Position numbers and translations under genes: made by a program. A stretch of 64,000 nucleotides of DNA from a bacterium (GTDB lineage: Bacteria; Fidelibacterota; Marinisomatia; Marinisomatales; JAHJCW01), in assembly GCA_028282845.1 (NCBI GenBank), contig JANQGY010000013.1:197350-261349 (forward strand), read 5' to 3'. Position 1 is the first letter of the stretch, and each line of letters starts with the position of its first letter. The notes under the pieces were generated by a model. The model did no database searches, was not told the origin of the DNA, and saw only the letters and a program-made list of their open reading frames with translations. Positions 1-10,674 of the stretch are shown piece after piece.

Positions 1-3000
1 CTGTTTGGAATTTTAAATGTTTTTGAAGAAAATGACCGTTCTTTGCCTATTATGATTTCAGGGACGATCACCGATGCCAGTGGAAGAACCCTATCCGGGC
101 AAACTTTGCAGGCGTTCTATTATTCGGTAAAACAGGCACCGTTAGCGTCAGTCGGTCTGAACTGTGCTTTGGGTGCCGAGCAGCTTAGACCATATATTGA
201 AGAACTATCCAATATTTGTGAATCGTTGGTGAGTTTTCATCCCAATGCCGGCCTGCCTAACGAATTGGGTGGTTATGATGAAACGCCGGAATATATGGCT
301 AAAATAGTCCGTGATGTCGCCGAACGTGGATTTGTAAATATCGTTGGTGGGTGTTGTGGCTCGACACCCGAGCATATCTCGGCTATTGCCGAAGCCGTGA
401 CAAATGTTAAGCCGAGGGCTATTAAGATGTCGTCCCGCAAAACATTTTTAAGCGGATTAGAACCGCTTATTATTGATGACACATCCCTTTTTGTAAACGT
501 TGGAGAACGAACCAATGTTGCCGGATCCGCCAAATTCCGGCGATTGATCAAAGAAGATAATTTTTCAGAAGCATTGAGCATAGCAAGACAACAAATTGAA
601 GGCGGAGCGCAGGTTATTGATATTAACATGGATGAAGCCCTGTTGGATTCGGAAAAATCTATGGAAACATTTCTTCGATTGGTAGCATCGGAGCCCGATA
701 TTGCCAAAGTACCGGTGATGCTCGATTCTTCGAATTGGTCGGTTTTAGAAACCGGACTTAAAAACCTACAGGGCAAAGCGATAGTAAATAGTATCAGCTT
801 GAAAGAGGGCGAAGAACAATTTGTCGAGCAGGCACGTTTGATAAAAAAATACGGGGCAGCCGTAATTGTGATGGCATTTGACGAGCAAGGTCAGGCTGAT
901 ACATACCAACGCAAAATAGAAATTATTGATCGAAGTTTTAAAATATTAACCGAAGAAGTCGGCTTGTTGTCAACCGATATAATTTTTGATCCGAATATTT
1001 TTGCTGTAGCCACCGGGATTGAAGAACATAAAAATTATGTGGTTGATTATATAAAAGCTTGTGAATATATAAAAAAACAGTACCCGGGCTGTCTTGTGAG
1101 CGGTGGCGTTAGTAATCTGTCTTTCTCGTTCAGAGGAAATAATCGCATTCGCGAAGCGATGCATTCAGTGTTTCTTTATCATGCAATTCAAGCCGGCATG
1201 GATATGGGAATTGTGAATGCGGGGCAACTCGTTGTTTATGATGATATTGATGAAGAATTGCGAGTCGCAGTTGAAGATGTGATCCTTAATCGCAAAGACG
1301 ATGCAACCGATAAATTATTGCATTTAGCCGACAAATATAAGAATATCAAAAAAGACAGTACAGTTGAGCTAGAATGGCGCAATCAACCAATAAAGAAACG
1401 GATTGTCCATGCTTTGGTAGAAGGAATTACCGAATATATTGAATCGGATATTGAAGAATTAAGGAAAACTTATGATGATCCGGTCAAACTTGTTGAAGGT
1501 CCTTTAATGGACGGAATGAACAGAGTGGGCGATCTGTTCGGAGAAGGCAAAATGTTCTTACCGCAGGTAGTGAAAAGTGCCCGTGTAATGAAACAGGCAG
1601 TGGCTTATCTTGAGCCATTTATAAAGGCTTATCGGAAAAAAACTGACACCTCAAGTACCAACGCAAAAATTGTGCTCGCAACCGTCAAAGGTGATGTGCA
1701 CGACATCGGTAAGAATATTGTTAGCATAATTTTACAATGCAATAATGTTGATGTAATTGATCTTGGTGTAATGGTCACTGCCGAGGAGATCATCGCAACT
1801 GCGAAAAAAGAGAAGGCGGATTTAATCGGCTTGAGTGGCTTAATAACCCCATCGCTTGCGGAAATGGAACACGTTGCCGCCGAAATGGAAAGGCAAAATA
1901 TGGATATTCCAATCCTAATCGGCGGAGCTACGACATCAAAATTGCATACTGCCGTAAAGATTGCTCCTAATTACAGCAAACCGGTAGCCTATGTTCCCGA
2001 TGCCTCACGCAGCGTTCCGGTAGTATCGAGTCTGCTTAGTTCAACGAAAAGATACAAGTTTATCGAGCTATTGCAGAAAGAACAATCCGAAGTGGTCAAG
2101 GTTTATTTGAACAGAAAGAAACCGTCAAATTTATTGTCGTTAGCGGCGGCGCGGGAAAAGCGGTTTAGACCCGATTGGGACAAATACGCTCCTCATAGAC
2201 CGAAAACGACCGGTGTTAAGATTTATGAAAATCTGCCGCTTGCCGAACTTGTTCCATATATTGACTGGACACCGTTCTTTTCCGCTTGGGAGTTAAAAGG
2301 AAAATATCCTCAAATACTGGATAATAAAAAGCATGGTGAACTAGCGCGTGAATTGTATGATAACGCTAAGGGTTTACTGGATGAAACCATAACCAAGAAA
2401 TCAATAACGGCTAAGGCTGTTATCGGGATGTTTCCGGCTAATTCGGTAGAAGATGATATAGAGCTATATTCAGATGAGGCGCGCGAACACAGGATTTTGA
2501 CACTTTGCAATTTGCGTCAACAAGTCGAAAAATCAGAGGGTAAGGCAAATTATTGCTTATCCGATTTTGTTGCTCCCAAAGACAGTGCTAAAAATGATTG
2601 GCTCGGGGCTTTTGCCGTTACCGCTGGTATCGGCGTTAAAGATTTGGTGCGTGAATTTGAACAAAATAATGATGATTACTATGCGATAATGACCAAAGCT
2701 CTTGCCGATCGTTTAGCCGAAGCATTTGCGGAATTTATGCATAAAAAAGTGCGGAAAGAAATTTGGGGTTACTCAGACGAAGATTTCTCTAATGATGAAT
2801 TAATAAAAGAAAAATATATGGGTATTCGTCCGGCTCCCGGCTATCCTGCCTGTCCCGATCATTCGGAGAAACAAAAGCTGTGGCAATTGCTTGATGTCGA
2901 AAAACATACCGGGATTAAACTGACTGAAAATTTTGCCATGGTGCCGGCTGCTTCGGTGAGTGGTTGGTATTTTGCCCATCCGCAATCTCAATATTTTAAT

Positions 3001-3108
3001 GTGGGCAAAATTTCTCAGGAGCAGGTAGAGGATTACTCAGACAGAAAGAACGATTCCATAAAAACAGTAGAAAGACTTTTAACTACAAATTTAGATTATA
3101 GAAAATAA
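1..3108 (+). CDS. metH: Cobalamin-dependent methionine synthase MetH, 5' end cut by the window edge
   Basis: Frame 1 is open from base 1. Motifs seen: Hcy-domain tail ([27 protein letters not shown]), pterin-binding domain, B12-binding domain with GDVHDIGKN (DxHxxG), and C-terminal reactivation domain ([12 protein letters not shown]). Confidence 0.95.
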   Translation: MFGILNVFEENDRSLPIMISGTITDASGRTLSGQTLQAFYYSVKQAPLASVGLNCALGAEQLRPYIEELSNICESLVSFHPNAGLPNELGGYDETPEYMAKIVRDVAERGFVNIVGGCCGSTPEHISAIAEAVTNVKPRAIKMSSRKTFLSGLEPLIIDDTSLFVNVGERTNVAGSAKFRRLIKEDNFSEALSIARQQIEGGAQVIDINMDEALLDSEKSMETFLRLVASEPDIAKVPVMLDSSNWSVLETGLKNLQGKAIVNSISLKEGEEQFVEQARLIKKYGAAVIVMAFDEQGQADTYQRKIEIIDRSFKILTEEVGLLSTDIIFDPNIFAVATGIEEHKNYVVDYIKACEYIKKQYPGCLVSGGVSNLSFSFRGNNRIREAMHSVFLYHAIQAGMDMGIVNAGQLVVYDDIDEELRVAVEDVILNRKDDATDKLLHLADKYKNIKKDSTVELEWRNQPIKKRIVHALVEGITEYIESDIEELRKTYDDPVKLVEGPLMDGMNRVGDLFGEGKMFLPQVVKSARVMKQAVAYLEPFIKAYRKKTDTSSTNAKIVLATVKGDVHDIGKNIVSIILQCNNVDVIDLGVMVTAEEIIATAKKEKADLIGLSGLITPSLAEMEHVAAEMERQNMDIPILIGGATTSKLHTAVKIAPNYSKPVAYVPDASRSVPVVSSLLSSTKRYKFIELLQKEQSEVVKVYLNRKKPSNLLSLAAAREKRFRPDWDKYAPHRPKTTGVKIYENLPLAELVPYIDWTPFFSAWELKGKYPQILDNKKHGELARELYDNAKGLLDETITKKSITAKAVIGMFPANSVEDDIELYSDEAREHRILTLCNLRQQVEKSEGKANYCLSDFVAPKDSAKNDWLGAFAVTAGIGVKDLVREFEQNNDDYYAIMTKALADRLAEAFAEFMHKKVRKEIWGYSDEDFSNDELIKEKYMGIRPAPGYPACPDHSEKQKLWQLLDVEKHTGIKLTENFAMVPAASVSGWYFAHPQSQYFNVGKISQEQVEDYSDRKNDSIKTVERLLTTNLDYRK

Positions 3109-3109
3109 T

Positions 3110-4546
3110 TTATTGAGGTTTATATACCATTTCTCCTTTAGTATTAATTACACCATATTTACCATTTATTTCAACAGTTGCCAAACCATTGCTATCAAAT
3201 GACCAAACATTATCAAATTGGGGAGTAATGATTATTTCACCTTTCGAATTAACAAAACCATATTTCCAGTTATTACGAATTTGAGCAAAAGAATTTTCAC
3301 CAGTAAAATTAGATATAAAATCAAATTGTGGTGTTACGACAAACTCTCCATCTGTATTTATGATACCATATCTACCATCAATTTTTACAGGGGCTAAGTT
3401 GTTTTTATAAAATATAGTTCCCCCATCAAATTTAGGAAATATAATAATTTTTCCTGTAGCATCAATAAAACCATATTTATCTCCAATCTGTACAGCAGCA
3501 AGTTCATTTTGATAAAAACCAAATGCCCCATCAAATTGTGGGGTAATGACTACCTCACCTTTTAAGTTGATATATCCCCACTTTTTATCAATTTCGATAG
3601 GAGCAAGATTGTTAGCAAAATCGAACATGTTATCAAAATGGGGATATGTTATCATTTCACCGGTTGATTTTATTATTCCCCATTTATTATCAATCTCTAC
3701 CTGTGCTAAACTATTATTATTAAAGGCTTTTATAAAATCAAACTGTGGATTAAATACAAAGTCACCATTTTTATTAATAAGACCCCATTTCCCACTTATT
3801 ACAACAATTGCTAAATCATTTTTATCAAAATTTGATAAAATGGCATAATCCTTTTTTACTCTTGGATTACCCCGACGTTGATTTTTAACCCATTCATCAC
3901 CTTTATCGGCATATGTTTGTATGCTTTCAGAAATATCTTCAATATAATAATCAAATAAGGATTCTACAATTTTTTTGCCTTCGTCATTTATATATCCCCA
4001 CTTATTATTTAACTTAGTTCTAGCTAGTCCATTTTCAGAAAATTTATATGCTTCATCAAATTTGAATTTAATGATAGTATTACCTTTAGAATTAATGTAA
4101 CCCCATTTGTCATTAATTTTAACAGCGGCTAATCCATTTTCAGAAAATCCCTGAGCATCATCAAATTTTCTTTCAATAACGAATTTACCTTTTGTGTTTA
4201 TATATCCCCATTTCCCATTAATTTTTGCTCTAGCCAATCCATTGTTTGTAAAACTAAATGCCTCTTCATATTGAGGTTGAATGATAAATTTCCCCTTTCT
4301 ATTAATATATCCCCACTTGTTGTCATATTTTACTGGATTTGTTCCATTTTCTGAAAAACCATAAGCATTTTCAAATTGAGGTTCAATAATAATTTTACCA
4401 TTTCTATCCATAAAACCATAATTACCATCCTTGCTAATTCTATATAAAAAATCTTTTTCGGTAATATTACTATTATTATTACAGCCAACGATTATTATAA
4501 ATAATAAAACAATATTTAAAACTTTTATATTAGTTAAATATTTCAT
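3110..4546 (-). CDS. WG-repeat (KWGYIN) lipoprotein with about 12 tandem 35-aa repeats
   Basis: N-terminal signal peptide with lipobox (IIIVGC). Repeated units of the form KWGYINxKGKxIIxPxFDxAxxFSxNGLAxVKxN. The gene is lower in GC than its neighbours. Confidence 0.85.
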   Translation of the reverse strand: MKYLTNIKVLNIVLLFIIIVGCNNNSNITEKDFLYRISKDGNYGFMDRNGKIIIEPQFENAYGFSENGTNPVKYDNKWGYINRKGKFIIQPQYEEAFSFTNNGLARAKINGKWGYINTKGKFVIERKFDDAQGFSENGLAAVKINDKWGYINSKGNTIIKFKFDEAYKFSENGLARTKLNNKWGYINDEGKKIVESLFDYYIEDISESIQTYADKGDEWVKNQRRGNPRVKKDYAILSNFDKNDLAIVVISGKWGLINKNGDFVFNPQFDFIKAFNNNSLAQVEIDNKWGIIKSTGEMITYPHFDNMFDFANNLAPIEIDKKWGYINLKGEVVITPQFDGAFGFYQNELAAVQIGDKYGFIDATGKIIIFPKFDGGTIFYKNNLAPVKIDGRYGIINTDGEFVVTPQFDFISNFTGENSFAQIRNNWKYGFVNSKGEIIITPQFDNVWSFDSNGLATVEINGKYGVINTKGEMVYKPQ

Positions 4547-4723
4547 TGGTTTCCTTCTCCTAATAAAAAATTAATTTAATACCATTTAAGTTGTAAAATA
4601 TTAATTACATATACTCCCATATTTCAAGAAATAAAGAAACTAAATCTTTCAAATTAATCCAATATCCAATAGAAAATAATCAATTCTAACTATTTTCCAT
4701 CAACCATTCGTAGATTTCCGCCC

Positions 4724-5503
4724 ATGAAAAAGGAACTACAATCTGCGATTGATGCCGCCAAAGATGCCGGCTTGATCATAATGCAATACTATAAATCGAA
4801 ATACGAAATACGTGATAAAAGTTACCACAATCCGGTTACTACTGCCGATCATGCTTCAGATACATTTTTAAAAGAAACTTTGACCGAACAATATCCTGAA
4901 TATGGTTGGCTCTCGGAAGAGACGGTTGATTCCAAAGAGCGATTGAACAAAGAGCGAACTTGGGTTGTTGATCCGCTCGATGGTACAAAGGAATTTATTG
5001 AGGGCGTTGACCACTTTGTGGTCAGCATTGCCCTCGTTGAAAACGGTGAACCGGTAATTGGCGTTTTGTATAATCCGGCAAGCAGGGAATTATTTACCGC
5101 CTCAAAAGGCGATGGTGCTTATCAAGATGGTGAACGAATTAAATGTTCCAACCAAACCGATTTTAAAAAAATGGTAATTTTGAACAGTCGTTCTGAAACG
5201 CGTAAAGGTTTGTGGGAACCTTATTCAAACGACTTTCAAGAACAGCGCGCGATTGGCAGTGTGGCGTATAAGCTCGGTTTAACATCAGCCGGCAAAGCCG
5301 ATGTATTCGCATCCCTGCGTCCCAAGAATGAATGGGACATCTGTGCGGGTCATTGTATCATGCGTGAAGCCGGAGGTGAAATGTTATCTTTGAAGGGGGA
5401 TGCGATAACCTATAATAATGCAAGAACGCTGATAACTCCCGGCATCATCGCCGTGAGAAAAGATATTTTACAGAGTACAATTAATCTTTTTAATCAAAAT
5501 TGA
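4724..5503 (+). CDS. cysQ: Inositol monophosphatase family protein, likely 3'(2'),5'-bisphosphate nucleotidase
   Basis: WLSEE and WVVDPLDGTKEFI metal-binding motifs, plus a C-terminal WDICAG motif typical of the IMPase/CysQ family. Confidence 0.7.
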   Translation: MKKELQSAIDAAKDAGLIIMQYYKSKYEIRDKSYHNPVTTADHASDTFLKETLTEQYPEYGWLSEETVDSKERLNKERTWVVDPLDGTKEFIEGVDHFVVSIALVENGEPVIGVLYNPASRELFTASKGDGAYQDGERIKCSNQTDFKKMVILNSRSETRKGLWEPYSNDFQEQRAIGSVAYKLGLTSAGKADVFASLRPKNEWDICAGHCIMREAGGEMLSLKGDAITYNNARTLITPGIIAVRKDILQSTINLFNQN

Positions 5504-5510
5504 ACAGCTT

Positions 5511-6485
5511 ATGACCGATAAAGAATATCCACAAGGTGCAACAAAATGCTTAGATAAAGGATTCATCCGTTTGGTTGATTCAATGGGCGGCGATGATACA
5601 ATTGTTCAGGCAGCCCGCGTGAGTTACGGTAAAGGAACTACCAAGCTTAACCGTGACAAAGCATTGATCCGTTATTTGTTGAGGCATCGGCATTCCACGC
5701 CGTTTGAGATGGTGGAGTTAAAATTTCACGCCAAAATGCCGATATTTGTAGCCCGCCAATGGGTTAGACACCGTACGGCAAACATCAACGAATACAGCTT
5801 GCGTTACTCGGAAGCCCGGCACGATTTCTATATACCGCAGAAAAAAGACATTCATTTTCAAAGCAAGTTTAATAAGCAGGGACGTGATGATGCAGAAGTA
5901 CCGGGTGATTTAAAAAAGAAAGTTGTTAACTATTTTAAAGAGATTTCGGAGAAAACCTTTAAGATTTATGATGAATTGAACGAAGCCGGCATCGCCCGCG
6001 AATTAGCGCGGGGAATCCTGCCGGTAAATTTATATACTGAATGGTATTGGAAGAACGATCTGCATAATATTTTCCATTTCCTGAAATTACGGATGGATGA
6101 CCATGCGCAATATGAGATTCGCGTATTTGCCGATGCCATGGCTGATTTTGTCAAGCAAGTAGTGCCCATTGCCTACGAAGCATTTGAAGATTATATCTTG
6201 TATGGCATGTATTTTTCCAAGCTTGAAAGTAAACTTCTTCAATCAAAATTACCGGAAAGAGTTATTGACGATTTAAAAGATGACGTTATTTATAAAATTG
6301 TTGCTAGTTTGAATGATATTAAGGAACGTCAAGGTAACGAACTCTATAAATTATATACGGAAAATGGTGGAACTGACACCGAAGAAGATTTTAATGTAAA
6401 ATGGAATTCGGCTGAAATTGAAACCGGTAATATCTTTGAAATGCGCGAGTTTTTAAAAAAATTGGATAAATTGATAATACAATAA
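5511..6485 (+). CDS. thyX: FAD-dependent thymidylate synthase ThyX with a C-terminal extension
   Basis: ThyX signature RHRTANINEYSLRYS (RHRxxxxxxxSxR). N-terminal part LRHRHSTPFEMV. Confidence 0.93.
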   Translation: MTDKEYPQGATKCLDKGFIRLVDSMGGDDTIVQAARVSYGKGTTKLNRDKALIRYLLRHRHSTPFEMVELKFHAKMPIFVARQWVRHRTANINEYSLRYSEARHDFYIPQKKDIHFQSKFNKQGRDDAEVPGDLKKKVVNYFKEISEKTFKIYDELNEAGIARELARGILPVNLYTEWYWKNDLHNIFHFLKLRMDDHAQYEIRVFADAMADFVKQVVPIAYEAFEDYILYGMYFSKLESKLLQSKLPERVIDDLKDDVIYKIVASLNDIKERQGNELYKLYTENGGTDTEEDFNVKWNSAEIETGNIFEMREFLKKLDKLIIQ

Positions 6486-6494
6486 TTGTAAACT

Positions 6495-7256
6495 GTGAAA
6501 GATATAGTAGCGCTTGTTCACGAATTCAGTCAATTACTCAAAAACAATTCCGATAAAAATAAAAAAGAATGGTGGGAGAACTATCTCCGGAATGAAATCT
6601 CTTTCATTGGCATTGGGATACCGGATATACGGAAGCTATTAATTGAGTGGCACACCTCTAATAAACTATTAGATGAACCAAATTCTGTACAGTTTAAAAT
6701 AGCGGAAGAATTTCTAAAACTTGATCAAGCCGAAGAGAAAATAAGTGGCATTCTTTATATTCAATTGTTTTTATTAAAGCCCAACAATTATAATGATATA
6801 TTGTCTTTGATAGAAATCATCGTTGATAATGAACATATTTTTGATTGGAATACTTGTGATTGGCTAGCGGTTAGAATATTAACTGCAATTGTTGAGTCAA
6901 ATGATAAGAAATTGGTGAATCAAATAATTTCATGGAAAGATGCAGAGTATTTATGGAAAGCCCGAGCATCGGCTGTGGCGTTTGCCCAAGCCAAGAACTT
7001 GTCACAGTATTTGAATGAAGTAAAATCAATTAATACTATTTTGATTAAACGACCGGAAAGATTTTCAAAAACAGCAGTGGGTTGGATGCTAAGAGAAATT
7101 TCTAAAATCAATAAAGATTTTGTAGTTAATTTTATCGAACGCTATATAAAATACTTTAGTAAAGAAACGATCAATAATTCATTAAAATATTTTCCAAAGG
7201 GACTCAAAAAGGAATATATTGAAAGAATGAAATTTTTGAGAGAAAATGAAGGATAA
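6495..7256 (+). CDS. DNA alkylation repair protein (AlkD-like HEAT-repeat family)
   Basis: GTG start. About 250 aa and helical-repeat rich, with W/K/R pattern (KEWWENYLRN, WKARASAVAFA, KTAVGWMLREISK) resembling the DNA_alkylation family. This is a similarity call by eye. Confidence 0.6.
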   Translation: MKDIVALVHEFSQLLKNNSDKNKKEWWENYLRNEISFIGIGIPDIRKLLIEWHTSNKLLDEPNSVQFKIAEEFLKLDQAEEKISGILYIQLFLLKPNNYNDILSLIEIIVDNEHIFDWNTCDWLAVRILTAIVESNDKKLVNQIISWKDAEYLWKARASAVAFAQAKNLSQYLNEVKSINTILIKRPERFSKTAVGWMLREISKINKDFVVNFIERYIKYFSKETINNSLKYFPKGLKKEYIERMKFLRENEG

Positions 7257-7917
7257 AGCAGGACATCGCCAAAGACTGAGAGAGCGCTTCCTTAAGAGCG
7301 GGCTGCAGGGTTTCCATGATTATGAAGTTGTGGAACTTCTGCTTACACTTGGAACTCCCCGCAAAGATTGTAAACAAACAGCCAAAGACGCCTTGAAGAA
7401 ATTCGGTTCGCTGAATGCTGTTTTGGATGCATCTCCGGCTGAGCTACAGGAAATTAATGGAATCGGACCCAATAATGTTTTCGGACTAAAACTTACGCAA
7501 ACGGTTGCCCGCCGATATTTATCTCAGCGTATCATCGGCAAAGAAGTAATAACCTCGGTTGAAGAAGTAATGGATTATTTACAACATAATCTGAAAAATA
7601 AAAAACAGGAAATATTTTCAGTAATATACCTAAATGGCAGAAATGAAATTATTGAAATGGAAGATTTATTTGAGGGTACACTGACTTCATCAGTTGTTTA
7701 TCCTCGTGAAGTAATCAAAAAAGTCATAGAAAAACACGCGGCGGCGCTTATCTTTGTACATAATCATCCAAGCGGGAATCCCAAACCAAGCGATGAAGAC
7801 ATTGCCATTACAAATAAATTAAAAACAGCAGCGGCGACGATTGATGTTAAAGTTCATGACCACATAATTATTGCCGGTAATGACTATTATTCGTTTGCTG
7901 ATCACAACCTAATATAA
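7246..7917 (+). CDS. radC: RadC-like JAB-domain protein (UPF0758)
   Basis: N-terminal HhH region (GHRQRLRERF, ELLELLL-like). C-terminal JAMM motif HNHPSGNPKPSDED. Confidence 0.9.
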   Translation: MKDKAGHRQRLRERFLKSGLQGFHDYEVVELLLTLGTPRKDCKQTAKDALKKFGSLNAVLDASPAELQEINGIGPNNVFGLKLTQTVARRYLSQRIIGKEVITSVEEVMDYLQHNLKNKKQEIFSVIYLNGRNEIIEMEDLFEGTLTSSVVYPREVIKKVIEKHAAALIFVHNHPSGNPKPSDEDIAITNKLKTAAATIDVKVHDHIIIAGNDYYSFADHNLI

Positions 7918-8005
7918 AAACATAATTTTTCGTTCGGTTCAGCTTGCTACGCCTATCAGTAAGTTGATAAATTTTAACCCTTAAAAAGTTAAATGACAGG
8001 TAAAA

Positions 8006-9184
8006 ATGCCACACACATTCATTTCAGGCGCTAAAGGCGAAAAACCTCGTTCCGATCTGCGTGCCAAATTCACGCCATCAAATAAACCATTATCAATTTC
8101 AATTAACAGCACCGTAAAAAGAATGTATGGGCAAAACATTCTTAGTCAGGCGCAGTCAGTTTATCAAGAGCTGCAGATTAAAACCGGTGAACTTGAGATT
8201 GAGGATTTCGGAGCATTGCCGTTTGTAATCGCAGCGCGCATTGAATCAGTTATTAAACAGGCTTTTACAGATTTGAGACAGGAATCTTTGCCACCGATCA
8301 AAGATTTCTGTTTGGGGAATTCAACGCGCGATCGTTTTCGGCGCAGCCGATTATATTTGCCGGGCAATCAACCCAAATTAATGTTAAATGCCGGAATTCA
8401 TAACCCCGATGGAATTATATTGGATTTAGAAGATGCCGTATCTCCGGCAGAAAAAGAAGATACGCGTTATGTCGTTCGCAATGCTTTGCGCTCTGTTGAT
8501 TTTTTTGGTGCCGAGCGGATGGTACGCATAAATCAGGGAGAACCGGGGTTAAAAGATTTGGAGTTTGTTGTTCCGCATAATGTTCATCTAATTTTAATTC
8601 CAAAGGTAGAAGATGCCGAAGCGATAAAAAATGTGGATGCAAAAATTTCTGAAATATCGGCGGAATGCAGGCGCAAAACTCCGGTGTTTTTAATGCCGAT
8701 AATCGAAAGCGGGAGCGGGGTTCTGAAAGCGCTTGAGATTGCCGAAGCAAGTCCAAACATTGTTGCCATAGCAATTGGTTTGGAGGATTATACTGCAGAT
8801 ATCGGCGTACAACGAACCGATGAGGGGATCGAATCTTTTTTTGCCCGCAGCATGCTGATAAACGCAGCCCGGGCAGCCGGTATTCAAGCAATAGATACGG
8901 TTTACAGCGATGTTGCCAATGAAGCCGGTTTGAGAGCATCCGTACAGGAGGCAAAGACACTCGGATTTGATGGAAAAGGCTGCATACATCCCCGTCAGAT
9001 AAGGCCAATACATGAAGAATTTGCTCCGACACAAAGCGAAATCGAGAAAGCTCAAAAGATCGTCGCTGCCTACAATGAAGCTGAAAAAAAAGGACTTGGC
9101 GTTGTATCACTCGGCAGTAAAATGGTCGATCCACCGGTTGTTAAGCGAGCCTTGCGCACAGTTAAACTATCTGAAGAACTGTAA
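8006..9184 (+). CDS. citE: Citrate lyase gamma (acyl carrier, CitD)-beta (citryl-CoA lyase, CitE) fusion protein
   Basis: The N-terminal ~95 aa align by eye to CitD (RSDLRAKF, INSTVKRMYG, EDFGALPFVIAARIE vs E. coli ESGDVMIRI, INSSVEKQFG, DDKGALDCILRARLE). The remainder is HpcH/CitE-like (RSRLYLPGN, DLEDAV, IESG, GLEDYTADIG, GKGCIHPRQI). Confidence 0.85.
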   Translation: MPHTFISGAKGEKPRSDLRAKFTPSNKPLSISINSTVKRMYGQNILSQAQSVYQELQIKTGELEIEDFGALPFVIAARIESVIKQAFTDLRQESLPPIKDFCLGNSTRDRFRRSRLYLPGNQPKLMLNAGIHNPDGIILDLEDAVSPAEKEDTRYVVRNALRSVDFFGAERMVRINQGEPGLKDLEFVVPHNVHLILIPKVEDAEAIKNVDAKISEISAECRRKTPVFLMPIIESGSGVLKALEIAEASPNIVAIAIGLEDYTADIGVQRTDEGIESFFARSMLINAARAAGIQAIDTVYSDVANEAGLRASVQEAKTLGFDGKGCIHPRQIRPIHEEFAPTQSEIEKAQKIVAAYNEAEKKGLGVVSLGSKMVDPPVVKRALRTVKLSEEL

Positions 9185-9199
9185 GTATATTCAATATCC

Positions 9200-10624
9200 A
9201 TGTTAGATACCAGGCGTGAAATCAGAAGACTTGTCGGTGCTCTCCAGTTTAATTCGGTTAAGTCGTTAAGCAAATTCTCAGCCTGCCTGTTTATTGCAAT
9301 TTTGATAGTGTTTATTCCGGACTATCAAGGATTAACGGAAGCAGCACAATGGACTTTTTTCATTTTAGTATTTGCTGCAGGACTATGGATAACAGAAGCG
9401 ATCCCTGCGTTTGCAACAGGATTGGTCGTGATTGGATTGGAAATTGCAGTTCTTGGAACGCCGGGCGGTGTATTTGCTGAAACAGCCAACGATTGGGAAA
9501 TGTTTGTACGACCGTGGTCAAGTCCGTTAATCTGGCTGTTCTTTGGCGGATTCATATTAGCTGCTGCTGCTACCAAAACAAGATTAGACCGATGGATTGT
9601 CAGAAATGTACTAGCTCGTTTTGGTACTAATCCGCCTATTGTATTGCTCGGATTAATGGGTTTAACGTTTATCTTTTCAATGTTTATGTCAAATACAGCC
9701 ACAACTGTTATGATGTTGGCGGTTATCACGCCGGTTGTGGCAAATCTTGAAAAGGATGATCCGATTATTAAAGGTATGTTGTTGGCGATTCCCTTTGCTG
9801 CAAATTTGGGAGGAATGGGCACCATAATCGGCAGTCCGCCGAATGCGATTGCTGCAGGTGCCATCGCAAATATTTATCCCATAAATTTTGCGGAATGGAT
9901 GTTAGTCGGCTTACCACCGGCGATATTCTTAGGTGCAATAGCGTGGTTTTATATATTGAAGAAGTATCCGAGTCAAGCAAGCAAAATTGATCTGTCAAAA
10001 TTACTGGACGATTCCTATCAGAGTGCAATTTTACCGCTGTGGAAAAAAATATTGGTAATGCTTGTTTTTGTATTAACGATCGGATTGTGGTTGACCACGC
10101 CCTTGCACGGAATTTCCACGCCGGTAATTTCATTTATTCCCATTACCATATTTGCGGCTGTACGAGTGATCGGCGTTAGTGATATTCGTCAGTTACCATG
10201 GGATGTATTAATATTGCTTACCGGTGGACTGTCATTGGGATTGGCTGTATCAAGCACAGGGCTCGCCGAATGGTTAGTCGGGGGGATTCCACTTTCATCG
10301 GGAGCAATCATAATTGTTGCTTTTATTTTTAGTTATATCGCAACTATCATATCAAATTTTATGAGCAACACCGCTGCATCAAATATTTTAGTTCCTATCG
10401 GACTTGCGGCGGCGGTCGGATTTGAACCACAAGTTGTGATACCGATTGCACTTGGTGCTTCTGCAGCGATGTGTATGCCAATCTCCACACCGCCCAATGC
10501 TTTAGCTTATGCATCTGAAAAATTAACGATCAGGGATTTTTTAACGAGCGGAATTATAATTGGAATTATTGCACCGATTGCCTCGGTAATTTGGTGCGTA
10601 ATCGTTTTTAATAATTGGTTATAG
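9200..10624 (+). CDS. DASS/SLC13 family di/tricarboxylate (citrate?) sodium symporter
   Basis: Polytopic membrane protein with duplicated SNTATTVMM and SNTAASNILVPI hairpin motifs and PPNA motifs typical of DASS transporters. It sits between citDE and citF. Confidence 0.85.
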   Translation: MLDTRREIRRLVGALQFNSVKSLSKFSACLFIAILIVFIPDYQGLTEAAQWTFFILVFAAGLWITEAIPAFATGLVVIGLEIAVLGTPGGVFAETANDWEMFVRPWSSPLIWLFFGGFILAAAATKTRLDRWIVRNVLARFGTNPPIVLLGLMGLTFIFSMFMSNTATTVMMLAVITPVVANLEKDDPIIKGMLLAIPFAANLGGMGTIIGSPPNAIAAGAIANIYPINFAEWMLVGLPPAIFLGAIAWFYILKKYPSQASKIDLSKLLDDSYQSAILPLWKKILVMLVFVLTIGLWLTTPLHGISTPVISFIPITIFAAVRVIGVSDIRQLPWDVLILLTGGLSLGLAVSSTGLAEWLVGGIPLSSGAIIIVAFIFSYIATIISNFMSNTAASNILVPIGLAAAVGFEPQVVIPIALGASAAMCMPISTPPNALAYASEKLTIRDFLTSGIIIGIIAPIASVIWCVIVFNNWL

Positions 10625-10674
10625 AATTAGGGAGTATTAATTTTTATGAACACAAAATATTATGATGGTTTGCT

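Noticed and set aside
3110-4546. Periodic repeats that might be a CRISPR array or DNA tandem repeat
   Set aside because: The periodicity of about 105 nt is at the protein level (WG repeats). The region lies within one uninterrupted 478-aa ORF with a signal peptide, and there is no repeat-spacer structure with identical direct repeats.
8415-9134. 239-aa minus-strand ORF (and the nested 121-aa and 61-aa ORFs) opposite citE
   Set aside because: These are antisense shadows of a well-supported CitE coding region. Their composition is Arg/Leu/Ser/Cys-rich and typical of antisense frames, and no motifs are present.
9325-9864. 179-aa minus-strand ORF opposite the DASS transporter. The same reasoning applies to 11751..12212, 13915..14295, 44800..45180, 57844..58284 and 63336..63671.
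   Set aside because: All lie fully inside strongly supported genes on the other strand. They show low-complexity antisense-type composition, so they are treated as shadow ORFs.
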